A stretch of 64,000 nt of DNA. It comes from an uncultured archaeon. GTDB taxonomy: Archaea; Thermoplasmatota; Penumbrarchaeia; JASLWR01. Positions within the stretch are counted from its first letter, which is position 1. Every line of letters begins with the position of its first letter. This document shows, in pieces, positions 17,068 to 26,243 of the stretch. A program made the translations under genes and the position numbers. The stretch covers positions 1 to 64,000 of the forward strand of contig CAYSHM010000004.1 in assembly GCA_964430885.1 (NCBI GenBank), given 5' to 3'. The notes below the pieces were generated by a model. The model did no database searches. It was not told where the DNA came from and was given only the letters and a program-made list of their open reading frames with translations.

Positions 17068-19725
17068 CTAAGGTCTTTTAGGCGGTTCTCTTTCTTTCTT
17101 TTTCTTGTTGAAATAATAGATGCACCAGCCCAATACCAGAATTAGGAAGAATAAAGCAGACATACCTATCCAGAAAATACCTCGGGAGAATCGGTCCCAG
17201 GCGGAGTTGGTTCGAATATATTTTGGGGTGCTTGGATCATTTGAGTTCAGTTCAATTCTTCCATTTTCCGCCCCCTTTTGATTCCCAATTTCACCGATAT
17301 GTATGATATCCTGGGTCAATCCCCACTCGTGTAGGATATAAATACCCTTGGATGGCCGATCATAATCAGGCTCTTCCAGCTCAATCTCTTGATCGCCAAT
17401 ATCCTTTATGGAAAAGAACACTCTAAGTATCTCGTCGTATTCCTGGTGAGTTTCAAGTACCAGCACCTCGTCTATTTTTTCAGGTGATATGTACATCAGA
17501 GCATATCTGAATGTATCCCTTCCAAGGAATATTTTTTGGTCAGCTCCAAACCAGAATTCAAGATAGTCCATTATCTCGTTAGGATAAAGGCCAGTTTTTT
17601 CAAGTTCCCTGCCGAAAAATCCCCTGAAGCTTTGGAATGAATACTGTTCCCCGTCAATGAATATCTCGCCATTAGAGTTCTTCTCAATTACCCAGCCTTG
17701 ATGTGATTGAAGTTTTTGGAAAATAATCCCTTCATAGAACAGGTAATCGAATTGTCCCTCCTGGTAATTGACCTTCCCCCCGCAAAGCAGAACGTTTTCC
17801 CATGTGATCACAGGCCCCATTGGAATCTCAGGAATTGTTTTTGTGGCTTTACCGTCAAGTTTAACCGTAACAGTATCAATTACTGGTTTAGGTGTGTAGA
17901 AATAAATAGCGGGTTTGTCTGCCTCATCCAACCAAATATTATCCGTTGCATTACCCTTTCCGTTCCTGTCATCAGTAACTGTCAACTTTATGAAGTAATT
18001 ATTTCCACCATTCAATATATAGTAAAAAGTAACGTTGTGGGTCACGACATTTCCATTTATTTCCCAAGTATAATTAACTATGATCCCGTCTGTATCATGC
18101 GACCTTGACGCATTGAAAAAAATCAGTTCATAATATATTTCTTGTTCCCCGTAGTTTATTGCATAACCGCTCATATTGTGAGGGGCGTAATTATAATTAA
18201 TAACGGCGGTTGGCGCAGAATTTTCTTCGGGCTGATTTTCAATATTCACCCATATAGTATCCTGCCCTATCGAATTGTTGTCGTCCTTTACGGTAAGGAT
18301 GACCTCGTATTGCCCTTCTGACATGTAGGTATGTGTGGTCTTTTTTCCGTAACCTGTATTTCCGTCGCCAAAGTTCCATGTATAGTTTACGATGATTCCG
18401 TCGGGATCAGAAGAATTCCTCCCATCAAATCCAATAGGGACTTCCCTGTACCAGCTTCGGTTCACTCCAGCATCCGCGACCGGTGGTATGTTGACCACGG
18501 GCGGCTCCATAATGGTGACGTTGCATGCGTCCATCGATTGCGTCCCGTTGTTATCCTCAACGGTCAATATCGCGGTGTAGTTTCCGGGTAAGTCATATGC
18601 GTACACTGCTGCGGAGGATTTTTCAAAAGCGTCATTTCCGAAGTCCCAGGTGTAGTTCACAATGACTCCGTCGGGATCGTAAGAATCGACCGCGTCGAAA
18701 AGGATTGCATCACCGGTGTAATTGACCTTGTCCGCCCCGCCGTCAGCAACAGGTGGAATGTTCTGTGCGGGCTGCGGGTTCACAAAAATAAGACAGGTGT
18801 CGTTATCGAAGGTGCCGTTATCATCCGTGACCTTAAGTGTCACCGTATATGCTCCATTAACGGTATATGCATGATCAACATTGCCGCCGAACAATACTGC
18901 ACCGTTTCCCATGTTCCATGTGTAATTGACGATAGAACCGTCGGGATCGGTTGAATTGCTTCCGTCAAGGTGAACAGATTCCCCCATGAAAATTGTCAGA
19001 TCGGGTCCGGCATCGGCGATAGGCGGTTGATTTTTAATTACAGGTCTTTGTTCTATTTTAAAGTAAATTGTCACGTTGTCAGAGGTGCTATTGTTGTCCC
19101 ATACGATCAGGGTCACATTGAAAGTTCCAGGATATGTATAGGCATGGCTGCTTCTTGCCCCGAAGCCGGCAGAACCGTCTCCGAAGCTCCAGGTGTAGTT
19201 GAGAATGACTCCGTCAGGATCCAAAGAGCCGCTTCCGTCAAATGTCAGTATTTCCTCTGTAAAATAAGTATCATTTATTTCGAATTCAATGTTCGCTGTT
19301 GGGGGAATATTTACAGGGATCACCATTTCTTCTTCCACGAAGACGTTTATATAGGTCTCAACGGTTGCTCCTTCGTTGTCGGTAATGATAAGCGTGATGT
19401 TGTGAACGCCAGGTTCATCAAATACATAGCTGCCGTCCACGGAGTATATGTAGGTCACCCCGTCAATGATCCAGGTGTAGTTGGAGATGAAACCGTCTTC
19501 GTCAATGGCTTTAAATGCATCGAAGTACAGGGTTTCGGTAGCATTTATCTTTAAAGTTTCACCCACGTTGGATACCGGTTGCATGTTCTGTCTGTTGGTT
19601 GCCTTTTTTTCAGTACATCCCATTGGGAAAACGAATAGGATCGCGAGGATAAATACCATGTACTTAACTAACGGAATCTTTCGAACAATGCTCATGTTTA
19701 TCACCTTAATTGGGATAATATGCAT
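17068..19725 (-). CDS. Multi-PKD-domain lipoprotein with a C-terminal KPxIYxY...HEWG domain and TM anchor
   Basis: FPMGC lipobox; about 6 repeats of N-x-PP-x-A...S-x-DPDG-x-I-x-NYTW-x-FG (PKD); hydrophobic C-terminal helix followed by KKKK. Start probably 19695. Confidence 0.85.
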   Translation of the reverse strand: MHIIPIKVINMSIVRKIPLVKYMVFILAILFVFPMGCTEKKATNRQNMQPVSNVGETLKINATETLYFDAFKAIDEDGFISNYTWIIDGVTYIYSVDGSYVFDEPGVHNITLIITDNEGATVETYINVFVEEEMVIPVNIPPTANIEFEINDTYFTEEILTFDGSGSLDPDGVILNYTWSFGDGSAGFGARSSHAYTYPGTFNVTLIVWDNNSTSDNVTIYFKIEQRPVIKNQPPIADAGPDLTIFMGESVHLDGSNSTDPDGSIVNYTWNMGNGAVLFGGNVDHAYTVNGAYTVTLKVTDDNGTFDNDTCLIFVNPQPAQNIPPVADGGADKVNYTGDAILFDAVDSYDPDGVIVNYTWDFGNDAFEKSSAAVYAYDLPGNYTAILTVEDNNGTQSMDACNVTIMEPPVVNIPPVADAGVNRSWYREVPIGFDGRNSSDPDGIIVNYTWNFGDGNTGYGKKTTHTYMSEGQYEVILTVKDDNNSIGQDTIWVNIENQPEENSAPTAVINYNYAPHNMSGYAINYGEQEIYYELIFFNASRSHDTDGIIVNYTWEINGNVVTHNVTFYYILNGGNNYFIKLTVTDDRNGKGNATDNIWLDEADKPAIYFYTPKPVIDTVTVKLDGKATKTIPEIPMGPVITWENVLLCGGKVNYQEGQFDYLFYEGIIFQKLQSHQGWVIEKNSNGEIFIDGEQYSFQSFRGFFGRELEKTGLYPNEIMDYLEFWFGADQKIFLGRDTFRYALMYISPEKIDEVLVLETHQEYDEILRVFFSIKDIGDQEIELEEPDYDRPSKGIYILHEWGLTQDIIHIGEIGNQKGAENGRIELNSNDPSTPKYIRTNSAWDRFSRGIFWIGMSALFFLILVLGWCIYYFNKKKKEREPPKRP

Positions 19726-19820
19726 TATTCAAAGAATTCACTAATATATATTATTTATAGGACGAACATCGAACTGTAAGGCGGGTTTTTCGTGTGTGTA
19801 TCATATTACTTCAATGTATT

Positions 19821-20696
19821 CTAAACCCATTCTTCTTTCAGAATTCCACCCTTGATACCTACTACTATCACCTTGATCGGCACCTTTCGGCCTGCCTTCT
19901 CCGCAGCATTCTTTGCCAGCTGCAGAAGTCCGCCGCAGCAGGGCACTTGCATTATCATGACCGTGAGAGTATTGATCTTTGCCTGGTCTATCATTGCTAC
20001 AAGTTTATCCAGGTATATCTCTTGCCCTGAATCGAGTTTAGGACAAGCTATCGCCAACGCCCTTTCTTTCATGAAATCTTTATGGAAATCGCCCAGGGCG
20101 TATGCAGTACAGTCGGCCGCCAGGAGAACATCTGCATTCTGAAAATAGGGTGCAGTAGGCGGAACCAGATGAAGCTGGACCGGCCACTGACGGAGTTCAG
20201 ATCTTCTAGCCGGTCCACCGGTATTGCTTCCTTCATTATCTGCGGGCTCTTCCTCCTTGTCGAAACACATCATTGCGCCCCCTGGACATCCTCCTCCGTG
20301 GTGTTTGTGCACAGGTGCTGCATTCTTTACAGTCGGATCTTCAACCCCCTTCTCCTTGAGATAATCCCTGGCCTCCTTGAGATACTGCATTGCTCCGTGC
20401 TCCTCCAAATGCTCCATGTGAGCTTTGATTGTATTCTGGCCCTTTGGTACTATGTTCTCCTCCATTACCCTTCTCTCGTCATACTCCTCGGCTTCCCTCT
20501 GCACTATCTCTATAGCTCCCTCGGGACAGTGTCCTATACAGGCTCCCAGTCCGTCGCAGAAAAGGTCGCTTATAAGCCTAGCCTTCCCATCAATTATTCG
20601 TAAGGCTCCCTCGTGACAGTTTGGTACGCATACACCGCATCCGGTACATTTTTCCTCATCTATCTCTATAATATCTCGTTTGACCATGATTTTCAC
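19821..20696 (-). CDS. 4Fe-4S dicluster-domain iron-sulfur oxidoreductase
   Basis: CTGCGVCVPNC and CDGLGACIGHCP motifs; QWPVQL, AADC, IACPKLD and VPCCGGL in the C-domain. Confidence 0.88.
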   Translation of the reverse strand: MKIMVKRDIIEIDEEKCTGCGVCVPNCHEGALRIIDGKARLISDLFCDGLGACIGHCPEGAIEIVQREAEEYDERRVMEENIVPKGQNTIKAHMEHLEEHGAMQYLKEARDYLKEKGVEDPTVKNAAPVHKHHGGGCPGGAMMCFDKEEEPADNEGSNTGGPARRSELRQWPVQLHLVPPTAPYFQNADVLLAADCTAYALGDFHKDFMKERALAIACPKLDSGQEIYLDKLVAMIDQAKINTLTVMIMQVPCCGGLLQLAKNAAEKAGRKVPIKVIVVGIKGGILKEEWV

Positions 20697-20799
20697 CTTT
20701 GCAAGATATATTTCTTATATGTGATATATAATGTATACTAATTATATATAGCAGACAGTTACAAAAAGGATACCTGCATCAGGTTCACTTCAAGAACTT

Positions 20800-21123
20800 C
20801 TACATGTATCTTCTACCAGTATCAGTAATAAAATAAATGATCCAGTTCCCCTGTTTCTCAGAGCCTATCAGTCCGCTGTTCTTAAGAATGGATAGGTGAT
20901 AGGATAGTTTGGAATCGGAAATGTCAGTAATTTCCTTGATGAGGCAGACGCACATGGATTGGTTTTTAAGAATATCCAATATCTTCAGCCGCAGTGGATC
21001 CGATAGTGCAGAGTGAATATCTGCCTTTTTCTGAATATCAGAGTCTGCTGATAGGGCGTCTATAATGTTATCTAGCCCGCCTTTGTTTTCCATTTCTTCC
21101 TTGATCGATGCAGGAATTTCCGT
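20800..21123 (-). CDS. ArsR/SmtB-family transcriptional repressor
   Basis: ALSDPLRLKIL, MCVC, SKLSYHLSILK, GNWIIY. First ATG is at 21093; the frame extends to ACG at 21123 behind a GGTGA RBS. Confidence 0.9.
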   Translation of the reverse strand, partial: TEIPASIKEEMENKGGLDNIIDALSADSDIQKKADIHSALSDPLRLKILDILKNQSMCVCLIKEITDISDSKLSYHLSILKNSGLIGSEKQGNWIIYFITDTGRRYM

Positions 21124-21132
21124 ACCATCACC

Positions 21133-21152
21133 ATTTCAAAATATTTTGAAAT
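21133..21152. promoter_or_regulatory. Putative ArsR operator 1
   Basis: Perfect 20-bp palindrome ATTTCAAAATATTTTGAAAT between divergent genes. Confidence 0.75.
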
Positions 21153-21184
21153 ACTAATACTTAAATATTAAATCATCCTTTATC

Positions 21185-21204
21185 ATTTCAAATAAATTTG
21201 AAAT
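21185..21204. promoter_or_regulatory. Putative ArsR operator 2
   Basis: ATTTCAAA-TAAA-TTTGAAAT, with the same arms as operator 1. Confidence 0.75.
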
Positions 21205-21224
21205 ACTTTAGGAGTATATTTCAC

Positions 21225-22304
21225 ATGAGTAATATATTTTACGATGCATTTAAGGCTGGCGGCGATAGTCTTCTGGATTATCTTCTGGAACATGTTCTCA
21301 CATGTCTTGTTGCTGCATTTTTCATAGCTGGCGCCATATCGGTATTTCTCAAGAAAGAAGCGCTCCTGAAATATTTCGGACCTAAAGTAGCCATGTGGAA
21401 ATCCTATTCAGTCGCAGCTGTATCTGGAATAATTCTGGCAGTATGCAGCTGTACCATATTGCCCATATTTGCAGGAATCTACAAAAAGGGCAGCGGAATA
21501 GGTCCGGCCACGGCTTTTCTCTATTCGGGCCCAGCCATAAATGTTCTTGCCATAGTATTTACTGCAAATGCACTTGGTTATGATCTGGGTATTGCCAGGG
21601 CTGTATCTGCGGTTTTGCTTTCAGTTGTTGTGGGCTTCATCATGTCCAGGATATTCAGAAAGCATGACGAGGAACTCAGACAGAGCTCCAAAGGTCAATT
21701 GATCATCATGGGGAATCAGGACGATAGGTTCCGCCCTCCCTGGATCGTACCTGCATTCTTCATACTATTGATAGCGATACTCCTCGTGGGTGCCAACGGC
21801 CAGATATCATTGGTCCTGAAGCTTATCATTCTCAATATCCTCATTTTGAGCTTGGGTTTAATTTTGATAAAATATTTCACTTACTCCGAGACTGCTATGT
21901 GGGGTACCGAGACCTGGGATCTGGCCAAGAAAATATTTCCGATTCTGCTCATAGGTACTTTCCTGGTCGGGGTGATCTCTTATTTTCTCCCACCAGAGAC
22001 CTTCAAGGGTTTTTTAGGGAGTGAATCTATTATTGCCAGTTTTTTAGGGGCTGTTATAGGGGCAATCCTGTATATGCCTACATTGCTGGAGGTTCCTATC
22101 ATCGGGACCACCTTCGGATATAGCGACGGCATTATGGGGTCCGGCCCTGCTCTTTCTTTACTACTTGCAGGACCCGCGGTCAGCCTTCCAAATATGATAG
22201 TTTTGGGTAGAATAATGGGTGCCAGGAAAACGGTGGTTTATATTCTTTTAGTAGTTATAATGTCCTCGATAGCTGGATTTTTGTATGGAAATTATATAGC
22301 TTAG
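21225..22304 (+). CDS. DUF318/ArsP-family permease
   Basis: HVLTCLV, LAVCSCTILP, FLYSGPAIN, YMPTLLEVP, LLAGPAVSLP; divergent from ArsR. Confidence 0.88.
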   Translation: MSNIFYDAFKAGGDSLLDYLLEHVLTCLVAAFFIAGAISVFLKKEALLKYFGPKVAMWKSYSVAAVSGIILAVCSCTILPIFAGIYKKGSGIGPATAFLYSGPAINVLAIVFTANALGYDLGIARAVSAVLLSVVVGFIMSRIFRKHDEELRQSSKGQLIIMGNQDDRFRPPWIVPAFFILLIAILLVGANGQISLVLKLIILNILILSLGLILIKYFTYSETAMWGTETWDLAKKIFPILLIGTFLVGVISYFLPPETFKGFLGSESIIASFLGAVIGAILYMPTLLEVPIIGTTFGYSDGIMGSGPALSLLLAGPAVSLPNMIVLGRIMGARKTVVYILLVVIMSSIAGFLYGNYIA

Positions 22305-22329
22305 ATTTGTGAATTACCAGGTGATTGAA

Positions 22330-22563
22330 ATGAAAAAGATACAGGTTTTGGGCTCCGGATGTGCCAAGTGTAAAAAATTGAAGAAAATGGTGGATGCAGC
22401 TGTTAAAAAAATGAACTTGGATGCCCGAGTGGAGAAGGTGGAGGATATCAACGAGATCATGGAGTTCGGAGTTATGATGACTCCTGCACTGGTGGTTGAT
22501 GGAGAAGTTAAATTGGCAGGAAGAATGCCGGGTAGAAATGAGCTATTGAAAATATTGAAGTAG
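22330..22563 (+). CDS. Small redox-active disulfide protein (MTH895-like thioredoxin family)
   Basis: IQVLGSGCAKC, GVMMTPALVVDG; GGTGA RBS before ATG 22330. Confidence 0.9.
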   Translation: MKKIQVLGSGCAKCKKLKKMVDAAVKKMNLDARVEKVEDINEIMEFGVMMTPALVVDGEVKLAGRMPGRNELLKILK

Positions 22564-22642
22564 TTACTGCATCCAAATCAAATCCCTTTTTGCCAATTTT
22601 GTTTGATTCACTTTCTTCCGGAAGATAATTATTTATAACTTA

Positions 22643-22662
22643 ATGTTAATTATATCTAACAT
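22643..22662. promoter_or_regulatory. Putative XRE operator just downstream of a TATA-like box
   Basis: ATGTTA-N8-TAACAT inverted repeat after TTTATAAC, upstream of the DUF2178/XRE pair. Confidence 0.5.
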
Positions 22663-22696
22663 AAAATTAGAATAAAACAACTTATATTCCGGAGGA

Positions 22697-23110
22697 ATGA
22701 TATTGAGCAATAAAAAGAATCGAATGAGATTGTACCTTATTTTGGGTGTTTCAGCAGCGATAATAGCTACAGCAATACTGATGTTTTTCAGCGTAGGATT
22801 TGATAATATGCCCTTGATGATAGTGACATTCATCATAATGCTTATATCAATAGGGGCTCTGATGATGACCCTTCGTCAAGTTAGGGATGTGAAAGATGGT
22901 CTCCCCATGGAGGACGAGCGCAGCAAAAAGGTTATGCAGAAGGCGATGTCCACATCCTTTCTATTGATGATATATCTTCTCCTGGCAGTGGGTTTTGTAA
23001 CTGACAGAGTTGATATTGAACCGCGGCATGTATCTTCGATCGGTATTCTCGGAGGGGCAGTCTTCTTCTTTGTATCATGGTTTTACTACAACTGGAGAGG
23101 AACCTTCTAA
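22697..23110 (+). CDS. DUF2178-like membrane protein
   Basis: 4 TM segments around an EDERS...KA motif; paired with an XRE gene. Confidence 0.75.
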   Translation: MILSNKKNRMRLYLILGVSAAIIATAILMFFSVGFDNMPLMIVTFIIMLISIGALMMTLRQVRDVKDGLPMEDERSKKVMQKAMSTSFLLMIYLLLAVGFVTDRVDIEPRHVSSIGILGGAVFFFVSWFYYNWRGTF

Positions 23111-23131
23111 AGGTTTTTTGAGGTATTTACA

Positions 23132-23329
23132 ATGAGGACCAGAATTAAAGAACTCAGGGCCCGATTTGATTTGACCCAGAAGGAACTTGCAAAGAAGGTG
23201 GGGGTGCGCAGGGAGACTATTGTGTTTTTAGAGAAGGGAAAATATAATCCTTCACTTAAACTAGCATATGATATCTCCAGGGTGTTCAAGATGCGGATAG
23301 AGGATGTTTTTCTTATGGAGAAGGATTGA
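23132..23329 (+). CDS. XRE/Cro-family HTH transcriptional regulator
   Basis: [41 protein letters not shown]. Confidence 0.93.
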   Translation: MRTRIKELRARFDLTQKELAKKVGVRRETIVFLEKGKYNPSLKLAYDISRVFKMRIEDVFLMEKD

Positions 23330-23387
23330 ATATGGAGCATTTGATATTCGGACGTTATTGATGACAATACAAAAAGTCCTCAGCATT

Positions 23388-24182
23388 TTAATCGGTCGTT
23401 ACAGGTCTTCTAATTAATCTTAATCCAATATATCGGCTCTGATCATCCGGATTATCTGCACCCCTTTGGGCGCACCTAAGACCGTCCTCGCTGTAGCAAT
23501 ATCCGCTACTTCTGATAATCCTATAAACGCCACTGTCAGGACCTTGTGGATTCTCACTTGCAGATTCTTTATAATAATCTTTATCGTAATAGTCATAACA
23601 CCATTCGAATACGTTTCCGTGCATGTCATGAAGACCCCAAGGGTTGGGTTTCTTTTCACCTACAGGGTGGCTTTTACCCTCCGCATTTTCCGAGTACCAT
23701 GCATATTCTTCTGCTTTTTCGGTATTGTTTCCATAGCTGAATAAAGTATAGGTACCTGCTCTGCATGCATATTCCCATTCTGCTTCTGTTGGCAACCCAT
23801 ATAAAAAATTAGGATTTATAAAATTAAGTTCAGAAATAAAGGTTTGACATTCTTCCCAGGAAACTTCTTCTACTGGATTATTATCTCCCTTGTTGCGGCT
23901 AGGATTGCTGCCCATGACTTTTCCCCATTGACCCTGGGTCACCTCGTACTTCAACATGTGGAAGCTATCGGATATAGTTACCTGATGCCGAGGATGTTCG
24001 TCATCCTCTCCATTGGAATCTATACTTCCCATCATAAAAGTACCTGACGGAATATCGACCCATTGGAAGTCCAGTTCATGAAAGGCGATCTTTTTTTCCT
24101 CATTATTATTCAAGCAACCAGCCAATAAATTACTACCTATGAATACAAGGCAAATCATTGAAATGATTTCAATTTTATTCAC
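23388..24182 (-). CDS. Formylglycine-generating-enzyme (SUMF1/CLec-fold) family lipoprotein
   Basis: LAGC lipobox, IPSGTFMMGS, E.PRH.V, YEVTQ, LPTEAEWEYACRAG, NPWGLHDMHGNVFEWC. Confidence 0.9.
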   Translation of the reverse strand: MNKIEIISMICLVFIGSNLLAGCLNNNEEKKIAFHELDFQWVDIPSGTFMMGSIDSNGEDDEHPRHQVTISDSFHMLKYEVTQGQWGKVMGSNPSRNKGDNNPVEEVSWEECQTFISELNFINPNFLYGLPTEAEWEYACRAGTYTLFSYGNNTEKAEEYAWYSENAEGKSHPVGEKKPNPWGLHDMHGNVFEWCYDYYDKDYYKESASENPQGPDSGVYRIIRSSGYCYSEDGLRCAQRGADNPDDQSRYIGLRLIRRPVTTD

Positions 24183-24495
24183 TGTTTTTCACCTCACATT
24201 GTTCCCTCATTTAATTTGATGAAATCAATAAATTGTCTCCTTATGGTTCCAGTTACCTGCCGGGGCTTCGTTAAAAATATTCATCTAATCATCCCACATC
24301 ATACTGGTTGCTCCTCTGACGGTTTTATCAGATATTTTCTTTATCATGGTATCACTTAATTGATGGATTTTTATCTATAATAAATTAACACTGTAATATC
24401 TGGCTTGCCTGTCAAACTATAAGTTACATAAGGTTTAAATCAGCGGTTGTACCTGTAGTTTCAATATAACAAATAATATCAACGGAGTTAATCAC

Positions 24496-25929
24496 ATGAG
24501 AAGCCCTGAGGATTACAAGGAGAGCCTCAAAAAGATGAGGCCTAACATATACAAGTTCGGAGAACTTATTGAGGATATCACAACCCATCCAGCCACAAAA
24601 CGAACAATTGAGGGCCATTCCAGGCTCTTTGCAGCCGCTCTTGATCCTGAAACTTCCGAGATGTACACGACGACCTCATCCATTACTGGAAAGAAGGTCA
24701 ACCGATATCTTTCCATCATCACTTCGCCCGAGGACATGTATGCTAACTGCAAGTTCAAGAGAAGATCATTCAATATCACAGGTACATGCACCGGCGGGAG
24801 GTGCGTAGGATTCACGTCCATAAACGCTATGTTCGCTGCCACCTATGATATGGATGAAAAATTGGGAACTGATTATCACCAACGTCTCTTCAAATGGCTC
24901 GAGAACGCCCAGAAAGGGGATATCACCTGTGCCGGGGCATTGACAGATCCCAAGGGCGACAGGACCAAAACACCCCACCAGCAGGATGACCCGGATATGA
25001 GCCTCCACATTGTTGAGAAACGTGAGGACGGCATTGTGGTAAGGGGCGCAAAGGTTATGATATGCGGTGTTGCAGCTGCCAATGAGATTTTCGTTTTGCC
25101 AGGTACAGGTTACAAGGAAGAAGACGCGGATTATGCCGTTTCTTTTGTGGTGCCCAGAGATGTTGAGAATCTCACCATCGTAGAGGCCCGGCATCCGTCG
25201 GATAAGAGATGCTATGAGGAAGGATTCGACAACCCCGTCGCCTGCGGAGGAATTACCCAAGCTTATCTTCTATTCGATAATGTCTTTATACCCAATGATC
25301 GTGTATTCATGGCCGGAGAATGGCAGTTTTCGCTTTCTGCAGTCCTTAACTTCATCACCGCTTACAGATCAGCCATAGGAGGCTGTGTTGCAGGACAAGG
25401 CGATGTAATGCGGGGAGCCGCAGTTCTTATGGCCAGGATCAACGGTCTTAATGAAAAGACCTTCAATGACAAACTTGTGCAGATGTCAATCAATAATGAG
25501 ACCACCTTTGCAATGGGTATAGCCGCAGCTGCTTTAGGCCATGAACATCCTTCTGGTGCCTGGATATGCGACCCCCTCCTAGCCAATGTGAACAAGGTTC
25601 ATGTCGGGACCCTACCCTACGAGACCAAGAGATTGGTCCAGGATATTGCAGGGGGAATAGCCGAAACCGGGTGTATTCCATCCTATGAGGATCTGGGAAA
25701 TTCCGAATACGGTGAAAAGCTTAAAAAATATCTAAAGGCAGCTGGACCGGCTGAGGAACGAATCAAGATAGCCCGGCTGATCGAATGGCTTACCATAGGT
25801 GAGGGGGTTCCAGGGTGCATGCATGGAGGGGGTTCGCCTGACGGAGCCAAACTTTTGATACGCTTCAAAGGCGGGCTCAAGGAACACATAGAATACGCCA
25901 AGAAGCTGGCCGGCATAACTGATTGGTGA
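24496..25929 (+). CDS. 4-hydroxybutyryl-CoA dehydratase / HpaB-family flavoprotein (divergent AbfD-like)
   Basis: RCVG, GALTDPKGDR, IVVRGAK, FDNVFIPNDRVF, DIAGG, MHGGGSP. Confidence 0.85.
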   Translation: MRSPEDYKESLKKMRPNIYKFGELIEDITTHPATKRTIEGHSRLFAAALDPETSEMYTTTSSITGKKVNRYLSIITSPEDMYANCKFKRRSFNITGTCTGGRCVGFTSINAMFAATYDMDEKLGTDYHQRLFKWLENAQKGDITCAGALTDPKGDRTKTPHQQDDPDMSLHIVEKREDGIVVRGAKVMICGVAAANEIFVLPGTGYKEEDADYAVSFVVPRDVENLTIVEARHPSDKRCYEEGFDNPVACGGITQAYLLFDNVFIPNDRVFMAGEWQFSLSAVLNFITAYRSAIGGCVAGQGDVMRGAAVLMARINGLNEKTFNDKLVQMSINNETTFAMGIAAAALGHEHPSGAWICDPLLANVNKVHVGTLPYETKRLVQDIAGGIAETGCIPSYEDLGNSEYGEKLKKYLKAAGPAEERIKIARLIEWLTIGEGVPGCMHGGGSPDGAKLLIRFKGGLKEHIEYAKKLAGITDW

Positions 25930-25937
25930 GTATCTTT

Positions 25938-26150
25938 ATGAATGAAGTTGGATTTGAAGAGCAGTCCATTCGTACAGATGGAGAATCACTTTTTTAGCAA
26001 CGTAATTGTGATAAGGCTATTCCAATACTACTGAACAATTTCCTGAACCAGAACTTCCCTGGTGGAAAAAGGGTGATGCACTATGGAGACTGGATAGATT
26101 GGATGAAGCTCACCAATAAGATCGGAAGCATGATGAACGGAGTTCTCATT
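25938..26150 (+). pseudogene. Decayed TPR-repeat gene remnant
   Basis: GESLF*QRNCDKAI, then after a frameshift EQFPEPELPWWKKGDALWRLDRLDEAHQ*, which resembles the TPR consensus (W..KG.AL..L.R.DEA). Confidence 0.45.
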
Positions 26151-26169
26151 TTTACATGAGGGGCCGCCG

Positions 26170-26209
26170 ACGGCGAAAGGATTTCCATTAGCTAGGAATC
26201 CGTTGCCGT
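26170..26209. other. GC-rich stem-loop upstream of the LRR gene
   Basis: ACGGCGA/TTGCCGT outer stem and GGATT(T)CC/GGAATCC inner stem. Confidence 0.45.
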
Positions 26210-26243
26210 GCAGAGATAATATTACACAAGTCGAGGAAGCTGG

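Noticed and set aside
23388-23530. C-terminus of the FGE/CLec-fold lipoprotein as a diversity-generating retroelement variable region (RGGSW is altered to RSSGY)
   Set aside because: I saw no template repeat and no reverse transcriptase in the window; a remote DGR cannot be tested here.
25995-25997. In-frame TAG as pyrrolysine readthrough
   Set aside because: The same remnant also has a frameshift and a TAA, so decay is the simpler explanation.
26170-26209. Hairpin as an archaeal SECIS element or integron attC site
   Set aside because: No in-frame UGA selenoprotein candidate nearby, no RYYYAAC/GTTRRRY ends and no integrase.
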